A stretch of 49,102 nucleotides of DNA, filler included, from Streblomastix strix (Eukaryota): assembly GCA_008636045.1 (NCBI GenBank). It is 3 parts of 3 records of this genome, joined end to end, with 100 filler letters (N's around TTAATTAATTAA, not from the genome) between each part and the next. Parts side by side here need not be neighbours in the genome. Positions count along the whole stretch, not along the records: positions 1 to 16,302 come from SNRW01000841.1; positions 16,403 to 32,702 come from SNRW01000842.1; 1 more part is not named here. One strand, given 5' to 3'. Shown here piece after piece: positions 13,867-27,021 of this stretch; the stretch's first letter is position 1, and every line of letters starts with the position of its first letter. A program made the translations under genes and the position numbers. The notes below the pieces were generated by a model. The model was not told where the DNA came from. It was given only the letters and a program-made list of their open reading frames with translations, and did not search any database.

Positions 13867-16282
13867 TCAAACTCTGCCAATAATGGCAAAAGCGTCAGCC
13901 CACCAGAAATTGGCAACAAACCGAGTCTCAATCTTCTTAAATCCAGCTTCTTATAATTCAACGACCCACGCGCGCTTGGACTGTTCATGGGCAGCATTCT
14001 ATTACTTGCTCGCTGAACGAACAGCCTCTCTGTCAAACTTCCCCAACATTACAGGAATCAGGAAACCTTGCGACACAATTCCGAAGTTTTCATCACCTCG
14101 ATATTCTTATAGTCCATTTGCATATGTCTGTCTGAAGTATTCAACTCGTCTACGAGAAAGAAGTGGATCTTCATCTGCAGCATAGGATGGCATGTTGAAC
14201 TCAATAAGAACAAGCATGCTGCGAGGTTTATGATGTTTGGGGATGTGAATCTCTTCATGCTTTTTGCTGTTCACCATTTCTTATTATTTATCAAATGAAT
14301 TCTGTTGTATATTTGATGTCAATGAAATGTTTGAAGAGTGAATAGATGATGAAATTGATATAACTGATGGATCCATTGATTATGTTAATAAATTAATTTC
14401 AGTTTCATTGGATGATTAAGAGTTAAATTAACCAAAGCTTTATATTGATCCAGAAATACTTTATTGATTATTTAGTTTATTATTTTAATTTCTATTGTAT
14501 TTTTATTAATGTTTATGTAGTTTGGATTTATTTCGAGATGTTGAATGTATTTATGAATGTTTTCTGGACTAATCTTCAATAATATTCTTAGATTCATTAA
14601 TTTATTCCTCTTCTTCTTAATCTATTATTTAATCAGAGTGTATAGAAATCTATGAATCAGATTCAGAATTCGACAATTAATCATCATCCTAATCTTATTC
14701 CTCTTATATAGGCAATAACTATTCATTGTGCATTACAAGTTATCCTTCTGGTAGTTGCATTGGATCTGATGCCAACACTTGAGATCCAATAAAAGCATTC
14801 TCTCTTTCTTCGTCAGTCATCTAGAATACTTATTATTCAATTCTTTACTTCAATTATTCATTGCTATAATTACTCTTAATCTCTCCGCTACTTGAGAAGC
14901 GCTATTCATTTGGAGTAGAATATAGTGAATCTGAAGATGGATATGATGAGATTGATCCAAAAGATTGAGGAGATGTTGATTATATTGGAATGGCTTATGC
15001 TGATATTATTTATATTTAATCATCTGTTAATTTGATAAGTTCTCTTTAATCCTTTGAAATGTTTGAGTCTGATGATATTCTGTTCTATGAAATTGGTATA
15101 TTATCTATTTTGGAATCATTTAATTATTAATTTTCATCTCCTTACTTAATTTATTATCTATTCTCTTTTCTTCTTGTTTTAACTTTCAGTTATTATTTCC
15201 TTTCCAATCTTTTCAGATGTATTCTGGCCCAGCGCATAAATTCTATTCTTTCTTCTCTATTAGACATATTGTGAAGAGTGAATGAGCTTTGTATTATATC
15301 AAATCGAGTCCCTGATGGGAACAGTTCTTGATTCATCTGAGTAGGTAATGGAGGTATGATTTTCAATTCTTTTGTATTATCAATATTTGAAATGGATTTT
15401 TCATCATTGATTTCGTTTTAAAGGTTTTAATCAACTTTTTTGGTTATATTAGAAGTGGATCGATACTTTGAACTCATTGATTTAATAGATTTTTCCTTCT
15501 TCTTTACTGAAAGTTGTTATGCATTGATATTTAGTCCAATGTATGATTCTATCAATCCTTATTGTTGCATATTCTAGAAAGTAGTAATAATATAATAATA
15601 AAATATAATATAAAGATAATATTCTAATAAAACCTATAAATATTTGCTAGTTTAAGCATGCCAATTCTTAGATGGTTCAATAGTGTAAATTGATGGTTTC
15701 TTAATAAAAAACAAATAAATGTATTAATAAACACATAAAATAGAATGAATTACCTTCTTACACGCATTGCTGAATAATTTAATAACTGGAAAAAGAGCTT
15801 CTCCTGTTCCTACTCCAACATCTAATACCTGAAATTGCGTATCATTTGAACCTTTATAATGAAAAGAGAAGTAAAGCAAGTTTATTTGTGTAATACTTGA
15901 GAAAATAATATACCTCTAGAATGAAATGCTTCTTCCCAGAGTTCTAACAAAACTAATTATGCTTTTTTATAAAGCTGCACATTCCCCCCACTAAAATTAA
16001 TAAAAAAATATAAGGAAGTGTCAATAAAGGAAATGATTCAATATACCCCTTAATAAAAAATTAATATCCATTTTTTTCAAATATTTAAATGTCTTCTCCA
16101 CGTAAAATTTAATTCAAGTAAAGTGCTATCTGCTTCAAAAGGACTGTGTTTTTATCATCAGATAAATCTGTAGGTTTATCGCATCCTATCTTTTCCAAAT
16201 ATTGCAAAGCACCAACAACATCACCATCATTGTAACTCATTACAATTTTCGTGAAGTGCATGTTTGCCACATCTTCCTCCAT
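13867..16282 (-). CDS. Class I SAM-dependent methyltransferase with long low-complexity insertions
   Basis: FIKGGGNVQLY; motif I VLDVGVGTG; IYTIEPS; FDIIQSSFTLHNM..EERIEFMRWAR; C-terminus WVVELQEAGFKKIE...FWWADAFAIIGRV*. Several short GT-AG introns lie between 15575 and 16046. Confidence 0.8.
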
Positions 16283-16302
16283 TCTGTGTGGTAAGTGGAA
16301 AA

Positions 16303-16402
16303 NNNNNNNNNNNNNNNNNNNNNNNNNNNNNNNNNNNNNNNNNNNNTTAATTAATTAANNNNNNNNNNNNNNNNNNNNNNNNNNNNNNNNNNNNNNNNNN
16401 NN
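16303..16402. other. Artificial 100-nt contig linker (N44-TTAATTAATTAA-N44)
   Basis: N runs flank a six-frame stop 12-mer. The structure is identical at 32703-32802. Confidence 0.97.
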
Positions 16403-19400
16403 GAGAATAAATGAATCATATTTAAATTCAATTGGATGAATCAATAGATACCATTAGTCCATTATTATAATAATAGCTCCTCAATCCAAAATAGTTTATC
16501 AAATAGAATGAATTGAAAAGAAGAGTAACACATTTATGTTGTTCAGTACCTGTTAGAATGGAGGAAGAATTTGAAGCTGTTATTATTGGAGAATGGATTT
16601 AAAAGAAGAAGAAGGAGAATTAAAAGGAAATTCAGATCAATGATTCAGAAGTTGCATAATAATCTTAACCTTAATAGTCAGTTACATATACTTCGGATTA
16701 ATTATTAGTGGAATAATAAATGGATTCAGCAGTTTTATTGTGTGCAGATAAAGAATCATTCAAATCTCAATAAGAAATTAAGAATATTTCAGATTAAATT
16801 GACAGTAAATGTTGGGAATTGGAAATTGGATAGAATATTAATGACTTAAAATAAGTTGGAGATTAAAACAATCAAAATGATTAGAAAACATCCAATTTAA
16901 TTTAAATTAATAACTTTCATGGTAGAATTAGAGTGAATGAATGTTGGTTGGAGTTTTGGAATGAAAATGATGAATAAATGGAAGAAATTAATGAAAATAA
17001 AGAAGAATAAAAATAGGATAATAAAATAGTTGGTGACATCAGTGATAATATTGCAAATAAAGATAATTCAAATACAGATGTCAAATAATCATAAGAAATA
17101 ATTCAGAATAAAATAAATTACAATTAATATTAAGAATTCATTTTTCCTTCTCCATGTCCTGATGAAGCGCATTTCAGAAAAGTAATGTAAATACCTTTAA
17201 AATAGAAAGAATAAGAGAAGTATAATAAAATCTAATAATTAATTATAGATAATCATAATTAATAACCTATTGAAGATAATCAACTAAAAGAACAAAGTAT
17301 TGATGAATAACACAAAATTAAAGATGGAAATAAATTAGTTAATTTAAAATCAAAGATTAATAATAATTCATGTTTAATTTTCCCCATTTCACTTATTCTA
17401 TCCACAAGAATATCAAAGAAGATCACAAAGATTGTATTTGATAAAGATGATATTAATATTTAGATTGAAAATAATAAAGGATTAAAACAAAAGAAATTTG
17501 GAGACTTTGTTGATGAAGATGATGATGAGGATGATGAAGAAGATGAAAAAAATGATTTATTTACAAGTAAATAATTTAATAATTAATCACTATCTAAGTT
17601 CGCACAATAAGCAATACATTAACCACTGAAGAAAATACCAAATTCACTTCAAACTTCTCTAAACAAAGAATAAAATCAACAAAAATAAATAAAATCACCA
17701 CTTTCTTCTTCGTCTATTTAAACTTCCAATTCATTTTATGATCCACAACTACCATCTCCAATATATTAATCACTTTCATATAATTCCTCCATTCCCTCAG
17801 AACCATCTGAATAATCCACATCTATTCAATCTAATTCATTCTTAATATCAAATGTCTCACTCTCTAATCATAATCTTCTTTATTCAAACAGATACAACTT
17901 CAGTTTTATACCTCAGAATGTGAAGAAGGATTGGAATAGACAAAAGTTAAATGAATTGGAACAGAAGGAAATGAAAGAAAAAGAGATGAATTAATTCAAA
18001 TCAAATTAAAACTTGAATCCTTAATCATAAATATCAGTTACCTAACTATTCAAAACATTGAGTATATTAATTGTACTGCCTGAATATAGTTAAATTTAAT
18101 AATAATTTAAATAAGGGATTATAATAGAAGATAAAAATAATAAAATATAATTGGATAAATAAGGATTATATGATTATAATGAAATAATTGGATTCTATAA
18201 AAGAATAAGAGATAAGAAATAAATGAAGAAAGAAAGAGAATAAAGATTAAAGAAAGAAAAATAAAAATAAGAAATATTACCTCTTGAAGAACCAGAGTTT
18301 ATTTTATTAGGTGCAAAGAAGAAAAACTAAATAATTAATTAGTAATCAGAAATATCAACTCCTGAATCAATACTAAATCAATCATCATAATCATATTCTT
18401 CTTCTCCACCAACATCTTCAGTATATTACTAACCTCCACAGCTGAACCAATCCCTCAAATTCTCAATAATCCAATTCCTTCTTCCAATTGGGATCATATC
18501 ACAGTTTTAATAGAAGATCAATTCATACATTCACATTGGGAAGAAGAAGGCCAATAATATGATGAGAGAAGGAATAAGAGAAATTGAGGATATGATTGAA
18601 GATGAATAAATGAAGGATGTTTATCAAATAGATTAAATAAAGAAGAATAAGGAATAATTAGAGAAATAAATAAGAAAGAAAGAAAAAGAGAAAGAAAAGA
18701 AGGAAAAGAAAGAAAAGAAAGAAAAAGAGGAAGAAGAAGAGAAAAGAAGAAGGAAAGAAGAAAGATTGAAAATAAAAGAAGATAAAATGAATAATAAATA
18801 GTCAATTGATTCTCCTCAAAGTAATGAAGAAATAAATTAGTCAAATATTAATGCAAATGATAAAACATATAAAAAAACTAAATTAATTGAAGATTTAATT
18901 GAAGGTCTTGTGAGTGGGAAAAGAATATAACATGTTTAAGATACAAAGTATGAATAAGGAAAATATACTTTATTTTATTATTCTAATAATTATTATTATC
19001 TTTTATATTCATTTTCGTATTACCTTTAATTTAGAACACTTATTAACATAGATTAGAATTAAAAGATTGATCTGAATGAATTTTAAGCTGAATATGAATA
19101 AAAATAATAAGAAGGTGAATTGCAACAGTCAGAAATTATTTAATAATCTCCTGCTTTTTCTACTTTGAAGTAATCATCGAATATGAAATAATATGAATAA
19201 TTATTTAGATTACCAAACTGTTCGACGTGTGAAGTTGATTTCTAAATATTCCCAAAGAATTTTAATTTTCTTTATTAATAAAATGAAGATAATTATTATT
19301 AATTTCCAAATTAAAGTCAGATTTACTAAACTTAAATATAATAATAACATAATTCTCCTCAAAATACAACATTAAGTCCATCTCGATCTGTTTCATTCTC

Positions 19401-21466
19401 AAGTGTATAGTAACATTCAGATTAAGTTAATCCTCTTTTTTTTCAATCTATTCAATAATAATCAACCCAATCTAATTCTTAATCATCTTCATCTGTTTAT
19501 GCATCTAATTTAACACAAAAATAATCTTCGTAATCAAAGAATATATTATCATCTCCTTAGCCAACTCAAATTAATATATCCTAATTATCTCCTAATTTGC
19601 AATCAAAGAATAATTAATAAGCGCAAACTCAATCTCTATCATAACATCCTGATACAAATGATGATATTAATAATAACAATCAATAATCTTCTTCTTCCTA
19701 ATCTCATTTATCCTCCAATATATCATCACATTAATAACCTATCCCTCCTCCACCAATGCCACATCTTTCATTGACTCATTCATTATCATTACAGACTATA
19801 TATAATAATCACTAATCATAAAGTTAGTCTCCTGATATGAATTAAATATAGTCTTCACATTCATCTCCTATTATTACTTCTTCAAATACTTATCCTAAAG
19901 ATTAAACTAAGAAATTAGATAAAATTAATAATAAATAATAATAAAATTAAAATAATAAGGAAAATTAATACATTGGGAAATTTCCCTTTATTCCACTTCA
20001 CACATCTAAAATTGAAGAAAAAAGCCTATCTAATTCAGATTCATAAATAAATTAATAAATTACAGCAATTAATAATACTAATATAACAACTCAGTAAGAA
20101 ATATCTTCTTCTTTATCTTAATAATCTTCTAAATCTTGTTCTTCTATTCTTTCAAACACGCAATTGTCTCAATTATAAGATAAGATGCCAAATTAATTCA
20201 GAAGAAGACTCTGGAAACTTATTTACTCTAAATATGAACATGGAACATCATTGCAGACAATTGTGAAGCTGATGAGGGAAGATGTTGAAGATGCAAAAGA
20301 GGATAATTCTTATACTAGAAAACGAAGCTAATCACATCTACAACAATTATAGTATTCTAATATATAACCTCCAACAAGATTGAATTCCAATCAATAATCT
20401 CCATTAATAATCTAATCTAATACCAATAATATCGAATCATTTGTATCACCTGCCAGCTTTAGGCAAGGATCAAATACTTAGAAATAAGAAGAAAACAAAA
20501 TAAATTCCGCATATATCAAGTAAAAAGAAAGAAGTTAAAGCCAAGCTGATATTAATGAATCAAGGATATATTTAACCCCTGAAAATGAAAGAGATAAATT
20601 ATAAGGGAAAGTCTTAGATTGGGAAAGAGAGAGAATGAACAGGAAGTTTAATAATATGGCAGCTGCATCTGGAAAAGAATGGGAAACACCAATTGAATCA
20701 CCTTTTGTATTGGTTATGAAAGATGGACAAGGAAATGTGTGAATATTTATTTAATTTATAAATTTAATAAATGTATTTTGTTTATTAATTCAGATATTTG
20801 GAGCCTTTCTTAGTCATACTCTAACATTCTACCATAGATATTATGGAAGCAGTGAAACATTTGTGTTTGGATTCGCTGAGAAAAAAGAATTTATTCTGAA
20901 TAAATAGGATAAAGAAGAAGGAAGATAAAATATGGTAAAAGAAGATGAGAAAGATAAATATGAAGATAAAATTTAAATTCATCAGTAAATAAATTCTTCT
21001 TAATTAAAACGTCCTCTTCCTCCTTCTTCATTCATACCTTCTTGTTTATATGTATTCAGATCGTCCAGATTGAACAATTTATTTATATACTGCAAAAAGA
21101 ATGAGTGCATTATGATTGGAAACAAGTATTATTTTTACTTTTTATTAATTAATTTTATTATTTCTAATGTAATTATATATTTTTCTACAGTCCAAACCCT
21201 GCAATTCGATTGTCTTCGTCTCTTTCCTAAGGTTCATCATCTGAATGTCACACATTCGAATCTCCCTGTCTACTCAACTTAAAAGAGATATCTATATAGA
21301 AGGATTAAAACTCTGTACAAAAAGATTAGAAGAATAAAGATTTTACAGCTGGACCTATCGAAATATGGTCGCTTGCACGAGGTATATAACACTCATTCAA
21401 TTAATCTAAATTTCAAACTTTTTAATCCACTTTTTTTTGTTTTCAACATTTTCAACAGAGAAATGA
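16403..21466 (+). CDS. TLDc-domain (OXR1/NCOA7-like) protein, 5'-truncated, with a long Q/S/N-rich region
   Basis: WKLIYSKYEHGTSLQT ... PFVLVMKDGQGN|IFGAFLS...YYGSSETFVF ... NNLFIYC...IMIG ... GSSSECHTFESPCL ... IEIWSL. GT-AG introns at about 20737-20793, 21126-21190 and 21382-21458. TGA at 21464-21466. Confidence 0.88.
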
Positions 21467-21765
21467 TTTTTTCCTATTCTGAATTAAAGTTATTTAAATT
21501 CAGATAAAATTAAATGATTTATTCAACTTCTTTCAACGTTTTAATGTTTGTGTTGTATTACACACTACTTTTCGGACTGTTATTATTTAATTATTGTCTG
21601 AGGAAAGTATAATTTAAAATGAAAATTGAGGTAAATAGTATATTTGTTTAATTTATTTAATATACAATTCTCAAAAATAAATAAAAGAATTGCTTATTAT
21701 AATTATATATTATATGATTGTGTTATAAAATGATTCATTAATATTAGTATCGTCTTTTTATTTGC

Positions 21766-23284
21766 TCAAAAGAGCAATATTGAAAGGAGAGTTTCATTCC
21801 AAATTCCCCTTTTCTTTTCTTCAGTTTTTATTTAATCTTCTCCATATCCTTTTATTTCTTTGATTTATTCATAGATCTAGAATATAAAGAACCCAATTAG
21901 TACGATAATGACTATAGCTACTATTAGGAGGGTAGGAATAAACGCAATAGTATAGTGTGAAGTGTAAAGTAAATCTTTTCTCAACATATAAAGAAATGAT
22001 TGTGAGAAAATATAGATAAGTGATAAAATAGTAAAAGTCCATTATTCGCATGTGTCAATGTCTATTGGGTTATTATAATGGAAAAGGATTATTGAGAGTG
22101 TCAAACAAGCCAGAATTGGAAGCTACACCATAGTCCATAGAAATCCACCAAGTGCATCTATATTTAATAAGAATAATTATAGTTTAATATAATATTAATA
22201 AAGTTCATAATATTTAGTATTTTTATTGTTATTCAAACCATCAAGCTTTAGGATTGTGAGTATTAATCCAGCTAATGAGAAAATGTATATAACAGGAATA
22301 AATATGCGTAATGATATATCGTCTTCATTGACAATAATGAATATCTAACTTATTCCAATAAGAAGATATAAAAGAAGTATTGGAATAAATGGAAACCAAA
22401 AGCTTTTACCATATACGCAATCGAATCTAAGTGAAAGGATAACCATAATCGGTATTACTAAAAGTATGATGAAAAATACATATTCATAATCGTCCAAGAA
22501 GGATAATATCACAAAACAAATTATTGATATGGAAACAAGTATGCAAAGAAAGGAGTACTTTTGTGAAAATTTTAATCCTTAAATTTCTTTATCTGATAAA
22601 AATTCACGTGCTTGATTAATGAATGGTAAAAGAATAACAGCAGCTATCATAAGCGTAGCGCTAATGAAAAAGAGAAGTGATTATATCAAATCTTTCTTTT
22701 TGTCTTTCAAATACAATTTAAGTGATCTTAATTTAGATACTTTAATCTCTTTTTCTTCTTCTGCCATTTGTTTATATATTCCATATGTTTATTTCCATCC
22801 ATTAAATCCTATTCCAAAATTATGGAGATCACGTTAATCATCCTAACTCTTTGGATCATAAAGTCTTATATCTCGAAATCTTTCATATGGAATATGCAAT
22901 TTTTTCTAGAATTGTGGAATATCACGTATGCAAGGACCTATCCAAACACTGGATTGGAATTATAGGAGATTATTAATAAAAAATTAATATAATCAAATAT
23001 ACTCATCTCTTTGTAAAGTAAGGCTTAATTATCTGTTAATAAGACTCAAATTTCTGATGGTATCAACATCGCATTAAGAAACTATTCTGTTAATATAAAA
23101 TTAATATAATAAACTCAATTTTAACTTTTTTGATATATTTCATACTATACTAAAACGTCGTCTGATACATCCTCTAATAAAATTATTAATAAATCAATAA
23201 ATGTACAAATAAAAAAAGTAAAAAATATTAAAAATAAATAAAATAAAAAAGTTACGAACATAATCCAAGCTATCGAGCAAGCAT
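21766..23284 (-). CDS. Multi-pass membrane protein with a possible N-terminal F-box-like motif
   Basis: Long TAR=Gln frame with many hydrophobic segments, ending ETLLSILLF*. The N-terminal exons give DVSDDVL...CDVDTIRNLSLINRQL...VW. The 5' exon structure is uncertain. Confidence 0.55.
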
Positions 23285-23655
23285 TTTGTAATTATTATAA
23301 TATCTATTTGTTTAAAAATAACAAAATTAATTTTTAAAATATTAAAAAATAAATGAATATATAGAAATTCTGTTTAAAAGTTGTAAGAAGTTGAATTAAT
23401 AATTTAGGAAATTTTATCTCTAAGTTTAAGAAGCAAAAATGGTTAATAAATATAAAGTTTTGTTAAATAAAGACATATTATATGAAAATAATATTTTTTA
23501 CTCAAAAATATTCTTTATTCTTTGTGTAATGAGCGTTTTGCTTTTTCGTAAATTTTTGATGGATAGCGTAAGTTCTTTTCTTAGCGGTTTTCATAAATAA
23601 ATTATGCTGCAATAATACATGTAAGAATATTTATTTAATAAAACATTAGTTCAAC

Positions 23656-24585
23656 ATGAAGCCAGAAAACTTGAGTTATATATTCAAGGCTTTAATAATA
23701 AATAAATATATTCAAAATCTAATGCAATGCTAATCAACGTAAATTACCATAGTAATAAAGAGTTTGCTTAAATATTAAATACGAGTGGCATTAACTAAAC
23801 ATGTAAATGCACTTTTAGAAAATATTTATTAAGATAAACATGACATATAATCTTCTATTCACAAAGAACTTAATTTTACTTACAACTCTATTAACTTATT
23901 GATTGGATAACGTGGTAGTGGCAAGACTTACAATTTATTCAGAGAACTTAATAAACTGAGTTAGTTAAAATCTCATTGTTACACTTTGTTTATCTATGTT
24001 ACTGATTCTAATAACGATCAAACTTATCATAAAATGAAACATCTGATTAAGATTCCAACTAAGGTTGTTCTTTATATCGAAATTAATGGAGTTCTTGATG
24101 AATTAATTGAATGAAAATATGCATATGATAAAGTTGTATAACACAAAATTGATAAATATTTATAAGAAGGATCTAAGTAAAACATATTGAATAAAACTGG
24201 TGCCAATGATTTTAAAATCAAATCACCTCATACAATCATACCTTTCGATGATGCAATGTCCATTTTCAAAAATAAAACGAGACTTCTTTTCAAGAAATTA
24301 TTTAAGAACAGATGACCAAGAATTACTTACTTCCTCTGTTTGCAAGATATTATTGGATTTAATGCAGCAATTAAATCTAATGTAGATTCTATATATTTCT
24401 TTGAAGCACTTAACAGATAAAATTTTAATTTATTCTTCTATCAATCCTCAATACCAATTGATGAAGAAGATCTTTGGTAATAATACGTACAACTTGCAAA
24501 AAGAGAATCTTTACTTGTTAAATATAATAGTGATGGAACAACCATTGAAATTGCAACATAAAAATTATATTAAATCTTCTTCTGA
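23656..24585 (+). pseudogene. A32-like (FtsK/HerA superfamily) viral DNA-packaging ATPase with 2 in-frame TGA codons
   Basis: Walker A INLLIGQRGSGKT (~23890-23928); Walker B HTIIPFDDAM; arginine-finger/Q motif FKNR*PRITYFLCLQD; IKSNVDSIYFF. TGA codons at 24112 and 24313. Confidence 0.85.
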
Positions 24586-24965
24586 TATAATATTTTTAAT
24601 CATTAATGCATTTATAAAATTTTCTATTCTTTAGTCAATATTCTACATTTGCTCAATAGTTTGAGATTATTTTTCTAACTTCTATACTTTAGGCCATAAT
24701 CTCAATGATATTATTCCTTTCAATCTAGTAATTATGTAGCCTCCTTTTATTTTATATTACATATTCAATTTAAGCGTTGATATCTTCTCCATTTCATCCT
24801 TATTCAATGCAAGATATTACTTGAATTTGTTAACATTTTAAAATATTATTGGATCTGGATTAAATTTCTCCAATATTTATATTTCTGGAATGTTTTCAAC
24901 AACAGTTTTTAGCGGAGTCCTAGAGTGACTTCCTGATCGACTATCAAAGATTAAACGTGTCATCT
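24575..24965 (-). pseudogene. Small basic hypothetical protein of the virus-like element, frameshifted
   Basis: Reads ...EKFNPDPIIF / QYLALNKDEMEKISTLKLNMQYKIKGGYIITRLKGIISLRLWPK... between the ATPase and capsid genes. Boundaries are approximate. Confidence 0.4.
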
Positions 24966-25025
24966 CGTGTCACAGCGTGTCACAATGTTTCATTCTAAGA
25001 AAAATACTGCATACTCTAATTTTAA

Positions 25026-25440
25026 TCAATATATTAGCTCCAAGTCCAATATAAAGTCCATATGGCTAATTTCAAGTAAATTACTGTCTTAATCCTTGAA
25101 CCAGAAGTTCATCACAGGAGCATGATTTATTTATTGAAATATTTTCTAAATTCTTTGTTCATCACACATTCCAACATAGTAATCGTTGTATTATTCTTCT
25201 TAGACAATTGTCGAATGTAAGGATATTTTTCTATGCTCTGTTGGAGTTGTAACAGGATCAGTATATACAAGTAAATCATGATTGTATTTTAAATATTCCA
25301 CAGAATTATGCGTTAAACGAATGTTATTTTTCTGTCATTCTATGAATTTACAAATTCTACAGGTAATCTTCTTACAAATGATCGATCTTAGATTTAAATT
25401 TGTTCACGAGTAATAATAAAATGTTTTTTATTTGGTGCAA
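25026..25440 (-). pseudogene. Putative minor capsid (penton, single jelly-roll) protein, frameshifted
   Basis: RRLPVEFVNSQNDRKITF / ISLHSTIVQEE..NDYYVGMC...MNFWFKDQDSNLLEISHMDFILDLELIY*. The C-terminal hxhxDxxxxhh...FxLxL pattern resembles PLV/Polinton pentons, and the ORF lies directly downstream of the large capsid-like ORF. Confidence 0.5.
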
Positions 25441-25508
25441 TGAATATATGTTTGAAATTAAAGCAAAAATAAATATAATACTCTTAATTAATTCACAATT
25501 TTTCATAT

Positions 25509-27021
25509 TCATGCTCCTATTTCACTAAGAACTTCGTCAAATGAATGTATTATATCATAATGGCATGAACCTCCTTGATTTGGACTAAATATCCAGAATG
25601 TATCATGAACTTTACATAGAATTGGAGGTGGAGGTCTCTTTCCATTAGTATCAACATTATAATAACAATCGTTAACTCCTTGATAAATTGGTGCTCCACG
25701 AAGTTCTACAGAAATATTTAGATTCATTGTATCTAATCCATCAAAAGTTAGAGTACCTTTACTATTTTTCTCACATTATAACGAAATTATAAAAGAAGTT
25801 AAATCAATATTAGCATTAAGTCCTCTTGTTGCAGTATTTCTTAGAGTTGTTAATGCGTCTTCAAACTCATCTGTTGCTTCAAATAACAAATCCAAATTAC
25901 TTGCATTCAACTATAACTTGAAGAATAATTAATCAGTTGTATTCATGGGCATATCTGGAAAGTTTCTTCCACAAGTTTTCAGTTACATATTTTAATAACA
26001 TGGATTCTCAAAGCAAGTAGTTCATCTTGCATCTTTAGGGAATAATAATATAAAATCTGTAATATGAGAAAGAGGAATATTTTAAGAAGTTCTGATTCCA
26101 GTAAGTGTTGCAGAAGTTGGGAGTGGCCATATTTCAACTCTCTAAGCTGGAACTACAAATGATATGGTACTGAAGAATTCTCTTACTTTTGCTAAACATG
26201 CATCTGTTGCTTTATAACCGGCCATATTCGCAGTTACTTCAGTCACTACGTAATTCTTTATTGAAACTGTCACTGGTGCAATATCACAAACAAAATTCTT
26301 CAATTTACTTCGGGTCAGTTATTCCGTCATGATTCTTGTTTTCAAATCTGCTGTACATCCAAGTTATGTGAATTGTTTCGTATATTAGAATGTTAAGCTC
26401 CAACTACGGAAGAAGAGATCAATATCCATTTACTTCTATTAACCTGAACTTAGCAACTCATTTTTGTTTTTAGTATAATATTTTGCCAAAGATACTGTAG
26501 GATTAACTTATGCAAACATAAATGCATTAGGATTTATTTTGAATTTAATCTTAAGATCTCCAAACATTCCATTTCGATAATCAGTGAAAGCTGAGATTAT
26601 CAACAAATCATCTAAAGGTATTAAGATTCTGAATCTAACTGGCATTAAGTAAGGTACATTTGTTTATTATCCAATTGCTTCTTCAATCTCCCTCATTGTA
26701 ATATAAGTTCCGTGTGCTGATGTATCTAATTTATGGATATTTTCATATAATGAATGAATATGTTTTCTATTATTTTTCTCTGAATTAGGCTTAATGGTGT
26801 TATAGATGAGTGATTCAGTTGTTGCATCATTTTGCAAGCTTCCATCAATAGTTCTTCCACGATGATATGCTGTGTATTCTAGAATGATATTGCTTCCTGA
26901 CTTCAATCCTACAAATAATACAACTCCATCCTTGTATGAGCCATCAAATTATTCGAATTTATTATCAAATTATGGATTTGCTGTCAACATAATAGATACA
27001 AATGAATTTTGTATTTGTGTT
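25509..27021 (-). pseudogene. Putative double-jelly-roll major capsid protein, 5'-truncated, with one in-frame TGA
   Basis: About 500-codon TAR=Gln frame joining the track ORFs 26667-26906 and 25509-25727 (FVGLKSGSNIILEY...IPLDDLLIISAF..Y.NGMFGDLKIKF...NIPLSHITDFILLFPKDAR*TTCFENP...TFDGLDT...SVELRG). It is beta-rich and adjacent to the packaging ATPase. TGA at 26022-26024. The fold is inferred, not demonstrated. Confidence 0.65.

Larger units (their letters stand above)
23656..27021. mobile_element. Endogenous Polinton/Maverick-like virus remnant, morphogenesis module (ATPase, small ORF, putative penton, putative major capsid)
   Basis: Compact, intronless gene cluster with an A32-like ATPase and two beta-rich ORFs. 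It carries nonsense and frameshift decay and abuts an AGTAGT terminus. Confidence 0.75.

Noticed and set aside
13883..14185. 100-aa plus-strand ORF, and minus-strand track ORFs 13848-14036 and 14058-14258
   Set aside because: They are antisense or wrong-frame readings of the methyltransferase C-terminus.
16347..16358. TTAATTAATTAA palindrome inside the N runs
   Set aside because: It is an artificial six-frame-stop linker, repeated identically at 32747-32758.
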